In this document: one piece after another, positions 37,436 through 51,500 of the stretch | Position numbering within the stretch: the stretch's first letter is position 1 | Layout of the letters: each line of letters starts with the position of its first letter | NCBI GenBank assembly: GCA_043228905.1 | Contig: JBHGNT010000020.1 | Location: 6,076,001-6,140,000, forward strand | DNA length: 64,000 nt | DNA from: Azolla caroliniana | Taxonomy: Eukaryota; Plantae; Polypodiophyta | Direction of reading: 5' to 3' | Made by a program: the position numbers and the translations under genes | The notes under the pieces: model-generated | The model's input: only the letters and a program-made list of their open reading frames with translations | What the model was told of the DNA's origin: nothing | Database searches by the model: none

Positions 37436-38519
37436 CCATGTATACATCATTTGAGGGCATATTGGTATCAATAGTGATATGATTCTTTTCCATATTTCCT
37501 TTGCATAATTGCAACTCCACAAACAACGCTTAGTTTTTTCCACGAGACTCATACAAAAAGGACGCATATAGTCTACATTCACCCTTTTTTCACTAACCAT
37601 TGACTAACATAGCTCTATGAATCAACACCATTGAAATTAGACAATTTTCCTACTCATTTTTATGCCCCACAACCATTTCCAAAATTGCTTGAGATGTTGG
37701 GGAGAAAGTCTATTTTGTCTCGAAAAAAGGATATGATATCTTCACCCTTCCAGGGTTATGGTAATTGATTTGTAACGGCATACTCTTAGGAGCAATTTGT
37801 TAGTGTAAACATGTTGAATGTTCCAAAGGCAACAACAAAGTATCTACTTAAGACCTGAACCCATGGTGTTAATGCCCCAAAGCATAAATTTTACCACTTC
37901 CATGTGCACCATTATGTTTGTGTCATCAAATTTAAATATTCTACTACGATTTATCGATTGAAAATATAGATTTTAGATATTGAAAGCTCATACAATGGCT
38001 TGCACAGTGTAGGAGCCTTTATGCAAGTATCTTCTTGCATACATTATACAATTAGTCCCTCCCTCTTCCAAGTTTCGAATTTCAAGGCATTGTAAATCTA
38101 GACATCCTCAAAACTTGGCAATTGTATATTGAGGTAAAATTTTAAAGACCAAGTACCTTGAACACATGAAATTCCCCCCCCCCCCCCCCCCCCCCGATAT
38201 TTCTTTTGGGTTTTAATGTGAAAATGTAAGAGGTTTGTTCTCTCTCAATTGTACGAAATTTTAGAGGTTTCAAAACAATATGTGTCATGAGCTCATTGAA
38301 GGCATTTCATTTTCTAATGACACTTCAAATACAATTCGTACAACGACATCAATATACTTCGGATGAACTGACAACATATAAATGCTATGACATGATGAGC
38401 ATCTTATGGAGGTACTTTTTATAACAACCTCTTTTGAGTGGGTACCCATTTTCTCCTTCATAGCTTCCATCTTTTTTCAAATCTCTTTTTGTCTTTCATT
38501 TTTCTTTGGCACAGACCCT

Positions 38520-39040
38520 TGATTTTCAAAAAGAGCAAACAAAATTCATGATGAGATTCTGACAAATGCAAAGTGAGGTATAGTTTCTTCACATATTGTA
38601 TCTAGAGTTCTACACATTCATGTAAAGCAAATGTTATAAAAGTAAGAAGTTTGGACATTTTGTTTTGTTTTGTTTTATTTGGTTATCAAACTCTCCAACT
38701 ATATTGCAAATTTCATGTCCAAATTTGCCAGCTAACTCATGACATACTTCCTTCTTTTTTCTAATATCTTTGGTCTTCCATTATCCTTTTCTTGCTTGGC
38801 GTAGTCATTTAATTTTCAAAAAGAGCAAACAAAATTCACAATGAGATTTTGACAAATTCAGAGTGAGATATAGCTTCTTAAGATATTGTGCCCAGAGTTA
38901 TACACATCAATGTAAAAGCGAATGTGATAAAAGTAAGAAGTTCAACCATTTTGTTTTGTTTTATTTGGTTAATGAGCTTTCCAACTACATTGAAAAAAAC
39001 GTGAATTTCATGTTCAAATTTACCGGCTAATTCATGACAA
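38520..39040. repeat. Diverged ~225-bp direct duplication
   Basis: TTTTCAAAAAGAGCAAACAAAATTCA… at ~38523 and ~38813. Confidence 0.75.
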
Positions 39041-40284
39041 GATGAAGATTTTGTAAGGATCAACAATATAACAATAGAAAATATTATATGTTGTTATCCT
39101 ATAAATGCTCGATATATGTAGATACAATGGTTGGTGAAGGCAATGTAGTTCATTTGCCTCATCTATTTTACATGGGTGATTTGATTATGTAGAAGTAAAA
39201 TACATTTATTTACTAGCGTAGCCTCAACAAGACACACAAATGGGTCCCTCCTCAATAGAAATTTGATGAATATAAGAATTCCTTGCATTGATTCTTTTCA
39301 ATGCTCCAGATTCTAAGGCTCAATTTTCATTTGTGGATTGATCAAGAATTCGTCTGCAAAGAATTTTATGGATTAACCAATCTTAATGTCGTCAATATGC
39401 CTTCTTGTCAAAGAGAAAAAAAATTGTTCTCAAATAAAGCTCATAAAAGTCAAAATCTTACCTTCCACACTCAAGCTAGTTATAGGAGGTGGTGTAATTG
39501 TGGTCGTTTGTATCACACTTAGTAGCTCCTCATCCCATCTGGTAGAGGAAATGATATTTTGCGTCTATATATAATCACGAGAGAATCTTAATGCAATTAC
39601 AATATGAACAATTATTGTTATAACTTTTGTCATTGTCTTTATTCAAAAAGTTGGGTTATGCTCGTCAATAATACCTGTGGATCAATTGGACAACCCAATA
39701 TGTTATCCACATTGGGTTTTGAACTAATAGTCGAACTCATGAATGTTTGCCTAATATTTGGTGATAGAAGAGATGGCAATGTTTGTGAATCCAATGGCGA
39801 GAGATCCTTGGCCAAACTTCCAATATGCATCGTATGCATTTTAGATCCTTGTTGTTGATGTGTAATGGAAGGATAAGAGTTTGGTTTCGCTTGAGCAAAA
39901 GGCGGTTCATGATGGGAATTCAATATGAATGGAGATATCGGAATCATCTGTTGCACAAGTATTTCAAAGAGATGGTTATAATCATAACTTCGATAACAAA
40001 TGGCATGCGTGAAAATAGACAATGGAGACACTTGAAGGTGAATGTATTGCATATGTCCAACGTTAATTAGTTAGTGCCTCTTAACATTTAGGCTTCCACC
40101 ATCTCATCACTCACACATGTTGATGATGGTTGGTTTCTAGTGGAAGGGTGAGTCCATATCGTAGATGCCAACTAAAACATCATATTGCCAACAACTTCAC
40201 TATATTTGCATTTACATTCCACATATAATAAGGCTACAGATCATGTTGTTACAAAGAAGTAGAGTTTGTGCTTGATTAACTTAC

Positions 40285-41677
40285 TTCTCTCCCATTAAAT
40301 AAACCAGACATATTGTAGTCCATGATTGGGTTCATCACGGCCAACTTCATTGATAAAAACTACATGAAAATAAATTTAGGCATAATGAGTAATGATGACA
40401 AATTATCATGTATATGTATATACATACATACGTACATACATACGAGAGGAGGTAGTGCACTACACAAATATTTTAGTGTGTTATTGATGATATTGGTCAT
40501 TAACCTCACCTCTACTTGTCTTTGGAGAGACTGAACGTAATTTATAATTTCGTCGAGCATTAGAGCTTTGCCAGTCACCTAATATAAACAATATTTTATG
40601 ATGTCAAATAAAACTATAAAATATTACATATGATTAGGGATTATTATAACTCCACCATTGTAATCAATACTCTCAAGGAAGTAAGCATCCATTTTACATG
40701 TGTTGAGCTCTATGTTAATTTGGCTATTAATAATTTAATCATCCACACTAATTTGGTATTCTAATTAGGTTGATGTTTTATTGGGAGATTTTGATCATGG
40801 TAGTTTTCTTCTTTATAATATAAAGTAAACAGAACAGAGATCTGAGCGAGTGTTAGAATATATATGCATAGATAGACCCACCTTGCTACAACCTGGGACA
40901 AGATCTTGAAGATACTTCATCCTCTCACTTATCTTTTCCCGTCTAACCTGTGCATAAATTTGATTAGGGAAAATGTGAGACAAAACATATTAACTTCTAG
41001 AGACAAAACATATTAACTTCTAAAACCAATCTTGAGACTTTCAAAGCATACTACGTATGTAATAACAACTCACAATTTGCAGCTTACTTCCTATTCTTCA
41101 TATTAAGACTGAACAAATCGCAACGTAATGTAGGTGCTCTACTTGTATAACTTATATTAAACTCACCATATATAGCTCTACAAAACTGGCATACATTACT
41201 ACATGTATACCCACTTTGATTAAAACGCTTATTCACATATAATTTCATAGATTCTCTATTATTAGCTAAAATGAACAACTAGGCATGTGATACTATTTTT
41301 ATATGGATTGAGATTTCATTCACTCGTGGCATCGGGTCTCCTTCATGAAGACTTAATAAGATCTGCTTCAAAGTTAAAAAAAAAAAAAAACAAACTTGAA
41401 TGTATGGAGTACATCCACACAATCTTGTGGGCACATCAATCATATATGTGTACATAAATCAATCTACTAGAGACTTTATTTAAGCCACACACATATACAT
41501 TTAGTACACTAGTCTACATGTCATGAAAAATCAAGGGTTTATTTAATTTGATTAAAAATTGGATCTTCTAAAGAAAGAAATACATAGATATATGTATATA
41601 CGTACGAAAGCTTTGGTAGGGGGGCAAAAGTTTATGTTAACCAAGAGTATGAAATTAGCTACCTATATCATTAAAAA

Positions 41678-41719
<42 letters not shown>

Positions 41720-44432
41720 TAATGAGGATTCCAACGAAACACCACGGACTCTGCACTTGTGTGAGAATGATGGCCTTTTTCTTCAAGGCACAAGTCCAAA
41801 AAACTCAAAACAAAAAGCTAGATATGTATGTATCTTGATTAGATTAATACCCAAAACCCTTAAGATTGAGTCCAAATTAGGATCATTAATGCAATTTAGA
41901 CTACATACATACATAGTTGTTCATGCGTGTGATCTTACTGACTTACCCTCTCAGCAAGGCTATGGCTATCTGTGGCCTGACCTCGTCGAGCTCGCACATG
42001 TATGTAATCGGTCTTATTTGATAGGTCTGCGGCAGCTGCCGCCTTTGGGCTTTCGGTAGCCAATGAATCTGCAGAGTTGCCACTACCACTACTTTGATCA
42101 TTGGCGTTGTTATGGTTGCTAACATAAGTGTCCATTCCGTTAGGATGCTCGCCACCTTCTTCTTGTTGCTGATCATCTGCTACTAGTGCTCTAAGTGCTG
42201 CTACATCATCAATGTTCTTATTATTTGCATTAGTAGTGGTAGTAGTAGTAGTAGTAGTAGTAGTAGCATTAGCATTAGCATTAGCATTAGTAGTAGCATT
42301 AGTCGTGTGTTGAGATATGTTAGTAACATTACTATTACTATTATTATTAGTAACTGTAGTAGTATCGTCTTTGGTGTGCACTTCAGTAGCTGCTTCAATT
42401 GTTTCACAATCCTGTCATCAACACGATTGTGAATAAAGAAGTTAGCGAGTAAATTAAGAAATTGGGACAGTCTCACCAAATTCAAACTCAAAATTGGAGT
42501 TGGAGGAGTACAATTCGCGTCTTCCAAAGTTAATAATGCTTGGTTTGTATGTACCCACCCTACTACAAACTAATTAAATTAAGCCCATTCCAATACATAC
42601 ATACATACATACATACATACATACATACATACATACATACATGAAGAAAAACACTAGAAGAAGAAACATATTGTCATCATTAATATACATGGCATGATCA
42701 TGAATCATGATGATATTTTTATAACGTGTTAGTTAATTATATATAAGGAGGAGAAACAAGCATTAATGGATGGATGGATACCCTAAGCAATTACATACAA
42801 AACATATGAGAGAGAGAATTAATTGAGTTAGGACAGATTGATTGTGTGTACTACAGAAGAGGAAGGAGGAGGGAGAATTGTTAAAAAAATTGCCTTAAAT
42901 ATGAGGAAGCTGCTGCTGATTGAATTAGCGGCTGCCGCGCCCCCTTCAATCTGATCTGCATTATTATTAGTATTACTTCCTATTAATATGTAACCTCCTC
43001 CATTTCCATTCATGCCCTTCAATCTCTTCCTTCCACTTCCACTTCCACTTCCATTTCCACCGGGCGATTTCTTATGGGGCACCATACCCAGTTGATGATT
43101 AATTAGCCTACTACTACCATTATTAGTAGTAGTAGTAAAAGTAGGGATTCTGCGTGGCAGCTTCATGTTAGAGCTGCTGGAATTAACCTCCTCTTGATCA
43201 ATGCCACCGTTATGGTGGTGGTGGTGGTTGCTGCTGCTGCTGTTGTTGTTGTTGTTGTAGAAATTGCTCTGAGGCAACCCTTCAGACTCAGCAGCGTTGG
43301 TTACATTATTAGACTTCTGAGGGTTACATTGCTCTGTGCCTGTGCCTGTGCCTGTGCCTGTTTTGTGGTCGAAGCAGCAATAGCTGCTGCTGCTAATACA
43401 GTTAATAAGGGGGTGGGGGGCATTGGGCGGATATTGGATGATGGAAGTAGAGCGTTTCGTATCATAAATCCCTAACTGCTTCCGCACGCAAATTCTTGTC
43501 ATACGATTCTTGTTAGCTTCGTCTTCGTCTACTGATCTATTAGTAGTGCCGCTACTTAGGATGGTGTCTGGACCAAAATTATTATGAGGGGTAATTTGGG
43601 GAACATCATTAGCTAAGCGAGGATTGATTTGTGGGCTAATTATTAGCCCAATATTGCTGCTATTCTGGTTAATGACCCCTGTTTTTGGTAACATCAATAT
43701 TGAATGGCTCGTCTTTTCTGGGCCATTATTGACATTCATGTAACAGTTATTGTTGCGGGCAGCCGACATTATCAATTTGCCCCCGTAGTACTCATCTTTC
43801 TCCAATGTTGGTTGTGAAGAATTAAATTTAATGGGGCTACTTATTCCCGGGTTACTACCACAGCTACTACTTTGCACCAACATGATGTTGTTATTGAATC
43901 CATCCTCCTCTGACTTACTCATCAATCCGAATACGAATCCGTCCCCAGTAGTAGTATTGCTGCTAATATGATTAGTTATCAAATCAGCTTTAGTAGTACT
44001 ACTACTAGTAGTTGTTGTTGTTGTTGTCGTGCAGTTCTCTAAACCATTATATTTGTTGTTATTGTAATTATAGAGCACCATATTCGTATGATGATGGTGA
44101 TGATCATCATTATCATCATATGGAAAGAGAGACGGTAAATTTATATTTGCCATCATGTGTTTTGGATTAGAATGAGAATGTGGTAATAATAATTTGTGTT
44201 CATTAAGGAATTGAGAATCCTGTTGAATCAAACTATTAAGTGGGTCTGGATGAGGATGGTCAATTAGGGCATGAGGAGCATAGCTATAGTTAGTAGGAGC
44301 ATTAATAGTATAGTGATGAGCACCTGATCCATGATTATGGGTTGTAAGGTTAGTATTTGTTGTAGAGATGAGGTGGAAGGGATTATTAGGGTTAAGCAGA
44401 TAATTAGATGAGCCAGGCTTGCTCTTAGACAT
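40285..44432 (-). CDS. bHLH transcription factor, subfamily XII (CIB/BEE/BIGPETAL-like), with long low-complexity N-terminus
   Basis: Exons 42411-41947 (…[21 protein letters not shown]), 40947-40882 ([22 protein letters not shown]), 40578-40510 ([23 protein letters not shown]) and 40359-40285 (FLSMKLA…) show the conserved subfamily-XII intron pattern. The upstream 534-aa ORF 44432-42828 is the likely exon 1, with its donor unresolved (candidate GC donor after 42894). Stop/last exon unresolved. Confidence 0.88.
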
Positions 44433-44736
44433 GACAAAATTTATATTAGATAAGGGTATCTACAAATAAACTTCTTCTGCTTCCTTTGGTCTCTCTTTTA
44501 AGAAGAATTAGAAGAAGAAGATATGTGTGAGCGTGTATATGTACAGATATATCCTCTCTGATCTGATCTTCGATCTGAGGAGGGACCTATTCTTCAACCT
44601 TTTGAATTTTCTAATAGCATGCATTTATATATATTGACTACAATATTGTTTTTTCTCCTCTAACTTACCTTTATACTATCTATTTAATTAATAATACATA
44701 GCAGGGATAGGGAAGAAGATGAGGATGAGGACCCCA

Positions 44737-44769
<33 letters not shown>

Positions 44770-44881
44770 TTGGTTCTTCTCAAAAGAACCGGTCGGTAAC
44801 AAAGAGGAGTTTGTACCTCATTCTTTTGATGGAGGAAACCATCCTGTTAGTGTTAATCATATCATCCACTCTCAAATCTAG

Positions 44882-44949
<68 letters not shown>

Positions 44950-45138
44950 AAAGGGAAATTGATTTGGCAATTTTCACAACTATGTTGTATGGGGATCTTG
45001 TCCCAAGAGGAGATAGACTTATGTCATCTAGTTTTACAACACTTCAGAGGGTTTCCCTTGCACTATCACTATTTATGATGTAGTGAAGATAGCAAGGGGT
45101 GTATTATCATTTTGTTTTAATAACAAACATTGATTTAC

Positions 45139-45189
<51 letters not shown>

Positions 45190-45192
45190 GGA
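44737..45192. repeat. (CA)n and two long (GA)n tracts upstream of the bHLH gene
   Basis: (AC)n 44737-44763, (GA)n 44887-44945 and 45143-45192; GAGA tracts are potential BBR/BPC sites (inference). Confidence 0.85.
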
Positions 45193-45240
45193 GAGATGGT
45201 GGATGGCCTTAACCCCAAGCTCGGTCCACATCCACATCAT

Positions 45241-45340
45241 TGTTGTAGCTAATTGGTCTGTAAGTTTCTCCCGTGGAGACCACGAGGTCGTGTGTTCGAC
45301 CCTACACATTTCGTCTCCAACACACACACATTTAAAAAAA
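45241..45340 (+). mobile_element. Possible tRNA-derived SINE head
   Basis: A-box-like TAGCTAATTGG (45246) and B-box-like GTTCGACCC (45294) at tRNA spacing, short A tail; a similar degenerate head lies at ~51862. Confidence 0.4.
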
Positions 45341-46399
45341 CTTTGAACAAACCAGAATCTACCCTAATATCATCCAAAAAAGAAGAGGGATGCTTAAGAG
45401 AGATACCTACCCATGCTGGTAATGGCGTAGGGTTGTACTTACATTTGGTTGTAATGCCTCACATTGTAACTTGGTACCTGCATTAGTAATAGGCCGATTG
45501 TTGGATTAATAGAGACGACCATGTCTACAAGTTAATTATCTATCCTAGTAACTATTAGTTCTAAGGTAATGTACATTGTACACATGCATATATGTATAAG
45601 GAAATAGTACCCCTATGTTAATGCTAGTGGTTGTGCCTACAACTAGGTATGGCAGTTTGCTAGTAGCCATCAAAAAAAAGAAAGAAAGAAAATTACCACA
45701 AGGACCTAGTATGTACCTACATAGCTAGCAACCAATCAAAAAAAGAAAGAAGAAGAATTATCACAAGGACCTAGCCTAATTGGTCAAGTGTGTTATCCAT
45801 GACCTCAAGATATACCATTTGAATCCAAAATGTTTAACAATTGAGGTATTTGCACATGGAGGGGAAATTTAAAAGACTTGTCTACATGCTCATGTCAACT
45901 AACATCATGGTTTGATTTCAAATTCATTAAAATTGGAGCACTCTTACAATAAGGGAGTTAAAAGACTTCTGTATGTGTTGGTCTAATTAATCCATCAAGC
46001 AATAGTGATAACATTGATTGTCATTTGCCATGTAATTTTTTAGTGCAATAAAGTAGTCCAAATAACAATAAGGATCACAAGAAGCACATAGGTTGAGAAG
46101 GGGAGAATCCAAGCCCTATATGCACTAATCTGTAATAATTTCGATTTTCTTTTCAATATGAGTCGCGTGGACTTCACAAATGACAATGTAGTGGTAAACC
46201 TTGTATTTTGCAACCATAACGTTTCCATGTTTAATTCTTTAGTAAGGTTGTTCATGTTGTGTATTGTAGGTTATTTTAATTCTTATATTAACCGATCATG
46301 CATAGATAGATATCTTCTTAACATCCATGGGAGACCAGTTGCAATCAATGGGTTGGGTCCTAGCCTGAGTGTAAACCACTAATGAAACAAAGAGAGGGA

Positions 46400-47490
46400 G
46401 AATGAGCGAGCGAGAGAGATTGTTGTCTATGAGACAAATCCTAACATATAGTGAAGATCAAACTTTAGGTTCTCTCAATTTTATGATTTTGATGCAATTG
46501 TGAAAGTGAGTAGCGATTTTCGATATTCGAGAACTTTACTAATGAAAGTTGTAATCAAGAGTGGACACCATGTTTATGAGAGAAATATGTGAAAGGATTG
46601 GGTTTGGCTGAAGCTGTGTGGAAAGCATAGTTTGATGTGATCAAAGGCAACGCATTGTATCAAAGTGCGATACTCATACTCCAGAGAGACAGATAGACAG
46701 ACAAACAAACAAAGCCATGGTCAAATATGACCTATGAGAACCAAAAACATAGTGAGTAATGTCTTTCGACGTTCAAGAACTTTACTAATGACACTTAAGT
46801 GACAGTCATATATTATCATATGATGGAACCTTTAATATAGATTGAGAGAGAGAGAGAGAGAGAGAGAGATTTGATTATGATCGTCCTTAGAGGTCAAATA
46901 TGATCCATGGAACCAAATCAAAACATTTCCACTGAGTATGTATGGAGTTGATTGGTGGCTCTCAATTTTCAAGAATTCTACTACTTAGATTGTGCAATGT
47001 GATTGCGAAAGAAATTTGGGTAGGGATATGTTTGGATTGAAATGTAGGGAAAGCAAACTTCAATTGCTTAGAACTGGAGCATTGTATTAGCATATGATAC
47101 TCAAATGCCCAAACTTGCTTGAGGCAAAATATGGATAGTCAAATCTCGTTGTGTCCCATCACCTAGTTTGAAATGGAAAAGAATGTGTCGTAAGTTGCAT
47201 GGAAGCAATTGATGACGGGATTTGGCTCTAACATGGATGTATGATGAGTACGATTTGCATGTTTTGAGAAGAATATGGTATTTTTCTTTGGTTTAGGGTT
47301 CAATATACATATGTATTGTGTGTGAAATGTGAGATTGCACGTTTCTTCAAGGGCGGTATACATTGGCATTACAAAAAAGCCTCATTCATTGAGGATTTTG
47401 TTGACTAGTCATGCAACAAGTGTAATGCATCCCATCTTCCAAACCATTTCTTCATACTTTGCATCCATCTAGAACTAGGGAACTATTTAA
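46400..47490 (-). mobile_element. Cluster of degenerate LINE family 2 3' fragments
   Basis: GGTCAAATATGA(C/T)C hairpin and GA tails at ~46720 and ~46893; sequence similar to 63013-63830. Confidence 0.65.
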
Positions 47491-47699
47491 CAACTTCTCT
47501 GTCCATGTTTATGATTAATGTTGCCAAGGATTTTTCCATTTGCATAAGAGGGTGAGTCTAGATGTAAAACAAAATGAAAAACTAAGAGTCAAAATGAAAA
47601 AAAATAAAATCCCAAAATTCAGTCTTTGGATCTTTTATGATTTTGGTTCCATGGTTAAGTAGACAAGAACAAAACATACCTAAATACTGGGATTGAATA

Positions 47700-48560
47700 A
47701 ACTAGTTACATGGAATGCCATATGTGATGGTTTTGTTATTGTTAGGGGCTCTTCAAAACTAATACAACTTTGTAGGAATGCCCAAAGCTTACGGTTAAGG
47801 TCTCATATTTGAATCATTCTAAAGTGAAATATTGAGGAAATATTGGTCACATATGCTCATCTTTTGCACAATATCAACCAAAGCCCAATCCCCATTTTCA
47901 ATGTGTGTGCAATTTATGCATGAATGAGAAGGGCATATCTCACTCTTTTGGGCACGTGAGCGAATTGCCTTCGTTAATTTTTCCAAGCTTGAGCATTAAT
48001 TCAATTACAATAGTACCCTAACCTAGATTTATGGGTTCTTCTTCATTTTGTGTGGAGGGGTTCCAATGTAGTAGTAGAGTAAAACATGAACTTGTGTTCC
48101 TACATGACATTGGGAGACAATCTTTATGCATTGTCATTACTTTCAACAAGTACTTGTATGTCTTTGAAGGGCATAAAATTCTATTGGTCTCATTCAGGTC
48201 TCGAGCATTACATAGTACATGATTGTGCTCTAACCCCTAAATGACATCGTACATATTTTTTTTGTCTTTTTCTTAGTCCCTTCCATGAGCTTGCCAGAGT
48301 ACTATCTCGCCAAACCTCTATTCCATAATGCACGAACTTGCTAAGGAGGAAAGAAAAGGAAGGGGGGATAGGCATATATTTAAATGCCCAATATATTCGT
48401 ATTAAGTTTAGTTGGAAAGGTTGATGTAGTGTAGACCAAAAACATCTCGTAGTGGCATGAAGTAAAGTAGCACATCTAGTGAAATTTGGTTGCAATGACA
48501 TGGAATAAGATGGTGTTGTGCAATGAATGAAATTGAAGTGAAACCTACGCCTCCTTTGTG
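47700..48560 (-). mobile_element. Very degenerate LINE RT C-terminal remnant
   Basis: HYGIEVW…KYVRCHLGVR resembles the LYGVExW motif. Confidence 0.4.
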
Positions 48561-51500
48561 GGTTAATATATAAACATGCCTTAGAGTGCATATAACTAAC
48601 ACACATTTTTAATATGCAAAATGAGAGAGAGAGAGAGAGAGAAAGAGATCCTTTATTTTTCCCCAAAAAACTCCTTCCATTAGTTATAAAATTTTACAGA
48701 TGAATCATGAGAGTGTTATATACAAATCCCTGTAGGGATGCGATAGTTATGTTGGAGATCCTATCATCCCTGTGTTATGTTGGAATGAAACATTTTACAT
48801 GTAAGGGAAACTCATATAATAATAAGAGGTAAGAATTTTGGGGACCGGAGAAGAACAAATTTATGTAAGGAGACTATCTCATCAAAAGCAATATCAAATC
48901 AATCCATCATCAAAAGCCTACTCCTAGCCAAGAGAGAGGGGCATCAATATATTTGCAAGAGAAAGGATAAATGATATTCATGTAGGGAATCTTCAGAAAA
49001 GGAAGTGAGAGAAAAGGAGGGGTATATATGTACATGCTCATGATTCATGATAGAGACAAGCCTCATACGCTCAGACTCTCTCACATTCTGCCATTTACTA
49101 CCTGACATGCAACGGAATTGAGAGAGAGATAGAGAGACCCAATCATGGTGTATGTGCATGAAAGTTAGGAAAAATGTTTCACCGAAAGGCTAAATCTTTA
49201 TATAAATTAATTGACATCACTTACTAATCAATATCTTGCCATTGGTAAAACCTTCCTTTAAATTCATTAAAATTGTTTGAGCCAACATCTCAATAATTTG
49301 GAGGTTTTATTTTAAAATATCTCATGATTAAGAGATATGTCTACATGTACCTTCAATTTTCAAACTTTAGAGGAGATCCTCGAATCTTACAAGTGCAAAT
49401 TATCACAGTAAAATCAGGTTATTCTTGAACATTGATCCGACCATTTCTGTAGAGAGAGAGAGGGAAGCCAAGGAGAGAGAATGTCATATTGTGGAAGAAA
49501 AGTTTGAACATATCTTGATTCTACACATCTTTCTAGAGAGAGAATGCCATGTTTTATGCAAGGAAATCTTAAATGTATGTACATAGAGAGGAGAGAGAGT
49601 ATGGTAGGTAGAAGAGTAGAGACTTATTTTAATGTGCTCATATTGTGTAGAGACAAAGATATATGTAGATACAAAAGGAATAACAAGGACTTACTGGATG
49701 TGCAAGATGAAAATTTGAAGAATTGGTTGGTCACATTCCATATATAGAGTGACACATTATTTTGAAGATAGATAACTACAATATTCAATATAGGAAGAGG
49801 ATGTATATCTTGCAATCAAACGTTCATAACACGTACAAGAGAATGTATTTTCTTCCATAGATATCTTCGTACATCCCTGTGTATGTTCAAATATAGAGAG
49901 AATTGAGGAAACAAACTCAAATTGGAAGGTTGTCGACGAAGACAAGAAGGCCATGTGATCTTCCATAGTGTTAGATGCTAACAAAGTAGAGCAATTAGTA
50001 AGATTTGAATAAATTGGTGCATTAATTGATAAAAGTGTGGTTTACTAGTAGGATTCACACACACAATCATTCATGGGAAATATAATACGACATGTGCATG
50101 GGTTGATAAGAGTATGGTTTGCCATTAGGGTACACACACATGTGCATGTGAAATATTATTTAAAGGAAATCAACTTTCTTGTTCACATTATATTGGAAAC
50201 AGAAGACTTTGGGTGCCATGTTGTTCACATAGAAAAGAAGAGCATGTCCAGTAGAAGGAGAGCAATGATGATCGTGGTGTTCCTGAATTTATATTGAGAA
50301 AGAATGTGTTTTTGTGAATGCTAATGTAGACAGGTTGGGTGTTTACTCTTGGATCTAAATTTCTCATGTATCTAAAGAAAAAAAGAAATTGACAAGAAAG
50401 ATGATGCTAAACATTAGTCGAAGATTTTTGTAAGTTATCATTGTCACTATGATTTATATTCAGACTCTACATGGATGATTGCCATGGTTGCTAAAGAGAA
50501 AATTCTAGTCATCAAAGAGATAATCCCTAGAATTGTGCATAACTTTGACAAGTATTCTCTTGAACTAATTGAGATCTGAACCCTTGAATGATCAATACTA
50601 CGAGAAAGTACATGCGTTCAACTTCATCTAGAAAGAACGTAGAGATGTCTAATTTCTAAACACTATAAAGCTAGGGAAAGAAGAATGGTCATAGATTATT
50701 GTTCTTATGGTTTATTACATTTTTACAGACTTGCAGAAGGTGCCACATTATAGCACCAAAAAGAGTTTGTTATTGAGAATATAATTGAAATGAACAAACA
50801 TGAGTATTTTAACATTTCTACGGTTTATTTACCTACAATGTTGTTAGTTACATACTATTGTCTCAAGTGGATGATTATGAACTTAAAATATTATATTGTA
50901 TATCTTGTCACTAACCACCTATGATCATTGAATTAAAAAATGATGCAATAGTAGGACACGTCTATTGAATTTAATATACTGAAGAATATACTCCAAAACC
51001 CTATGAATGCCCATGATTTCAATGGTCAATTATCCAATCTCAAGAAGTAGGACCATGTATGGTGTTTGTCTCTTGATTTGAAGAAACTTCATTAGCAAAC
51101 ACTTAGACATTTTCGAAGTGTTTGTCCCAAGGGACTTAGAGATGTTACCAACCTATCTTATGACCCTATAAAGAAACATAAATGTAACCAAAGTATCTAA
51201 TCTCGAGAACACAACATTTGCTTTCTTGCCCAATTCCGCGTGGTCTCAAATTCCTTCCTTTGTCCCACTTTCAAGCGATGAATATGATGTATCACAATTG
51301 GATGAAACCTCAAAGCAATTGTAGTGATTTTGTGAGAGAGAGGCCTAAATAGTAGGGATTATATTGAAGAACCCAAAGCATAAGGTTCAAATGCCAACAT
51401 GGTTTCAATAAGGGACACCATGGAAGAAGTAGATTTTAAATTGCTTTTATATCAATGTTATCATGAAAAAAAACATGTATGGGTCACCTTTTGGGCATCA

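Noticed and set aside
38174-38195. Poly-C run as a functional element
   Set aside because: Simple homopolymer with no supporting context.
39100-40100. 137-aa ORF or possible retroelement remnant downstream of the bHLH gene
   Set aside because: No convincing motif could be read, so it is not assignable.
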